A stretch of DNA of 63,458 bases, the filler included, from Nemertoderma westbladi (taxonomy: Eukaryota; Animalia; Xenacoelomorpha): assembly GCA_032718475.1 (NCBI GenBank). It is 4 parts of 4 records of this genome, joined end to end, with 100 filler letters (N's around TTAATTAATTAA, not from the genome) between each part and the next. Parts side by side here need not be neighbours in the genome. Positions count along the whole stretch, not along the records: positions 59,795 to 63,458 come from JAUCBJ010008368.1; 3 more parts are not named here. The stretch is one strand, 5' to 3'. Below are positions 62,315 to 63,458 of the stretch, one piece after another. The position numbers and the translations under genes are program-made. The stretch's first letter is position 1. The number at the start of each line of letters is the position of its first letter. The notes beneath the pieces were generated by a model. It was not told the origin of the DNA. It was given only the letters and a program-made list of their open reading frames with translations, and made no database searches.

Positions 62315-63293
62315 GTCCTCCAAGGAGACACACTTGCACCATTCTTGTTCATTATTGTGGTTGACTATGTTCTACGCATGTCCTTAGATCATCATAATGA
62401 TGATGGGGTGATGATAACTCCACCTACTGGCTCCAGAAGTCGAGGAAATCCTGCCAAGTACCTAACTGATCTAGACTTTGCTGATGACTTAGGAGTACTC
62501 TCAGAATCATTAGAGGGAGCCCAACGGCTCCTCAGCTCATTAGAACATGCTGCTTCTAGTGTTGGTCTTTTTATTAACTCCAGAAAGACCAAAATTCTGA
62601 CAGTTAACTTTGAAAGTCCTCAGCAAGTCTCTGATCGGATGAGCATAAGCTCAAAGGATGGTATGCTTGAGCATGTGGACGACTTCTGTTACCTGGGATC
62701 ATGGATCCGGAAGTCAGGTGAGGACCTTCGAATACGTAAGGGAAAGGCATGGGCAGCCTTGAATAGGCTGTCCAGGATTTGGAAGTCACCGAGAATTAAT
62801 CGGAAACTTAAGGTCCGATTATTTAGAGCAGCAGTAGTTCCAGTACTCCTCTACGGGAGTCCATGCTGGGCTCTAACTGCTGAGGACACCAAATCTCTGG
62901 ATGGCACATTCACAAGAATGCTACGCCGGGTTCATTGTGTCAAGTACAATGCACATATCTCGAACCAGACACTATATAACATTGGAGGTGTCTCATTGGT
63001 TCCCCCAAGCTTGACACTAGAACAAAATCGCCTCCGCTTTGCAGGACATTGCTTTCGCCGTGAGGACCAGCCAGTGCATAATCTTGTACTTTGGCAGCCT
63101 CATGGAGTGAATAAGCATGGTGGACAGCCCATGACTTTCTTGAGACGCATCTTAAAGGACACTGGCCTTAAAGATGTGGATGATCTAGCAAATGTCATGG
63201 GTGATAGGGAGTTGTGGCGGTGCAATTTTGTTGACAAGCCGGCACAGCATTCCTAAAAATGCAGCTGCAATGCAGCATGCCGATCCTAGTAGT
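62315..63293 (+). mobile_element. RTE LINE, 5'-truncated copy with intact 3' end
   Basis: Only about 9 substitutions versus 22568-23257 over ~690 bp; ORF runs to 63256; short 3' UTR and TAGTAG tail. Confidence 0.93.
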
Positions 63294-63458
63294 TTGGCTT
63301 TCACGCTGTCGGTTTTATTTTGACGGGCAGGGATCTGAACCAAGAAAACCGATACTGGGAATCTTTAAGATAGATAGTACAGTACAGTATATGCTTTTAT
63401 GTCTTTGTAATGTTTTGGAGACATCTGACGGTGACGGACAGAGCGACAGTGAAACGGA

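Overview
AT-rich eukaryotic (probably invertebrate animal) scaffold region, broken by three 100-nt assembly gaps that each carry a TTAATTAATTAA linker. It is almost entirely transposable elements and satellites. These include deeply nested DNA transposons with readable TIRs and TSDs (hAT MITEs, a degraded intron-containing hAT transposase, a pogo relic, Tc1-like, EnSpm-like and unassigned elements), LINE pieces (RTE, CR1, RTE-X/L2-like), SINEs, and two related LTR retrotransposon 3' ends. One intact host gene is visible: a 3-exon, 177-aa secreted protein made of three DUF5648-like repeats (27098-28629). The most unusual object is a BEL/Pao LTR retrotransposon (48974-55035). Between its integrase and 3' LTR it carries a ~850-codon accessory gene combining a WRN/EXD-like DEDDy 3'-5' exonuclease with CCHC zinc knuckles. 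It also carries a structured, possibly pseudoknotted RNA module that shows compensatory base changes against a second, diverged element at 58730-59694. All assignments come from reading motifs by eye; no database search was run.
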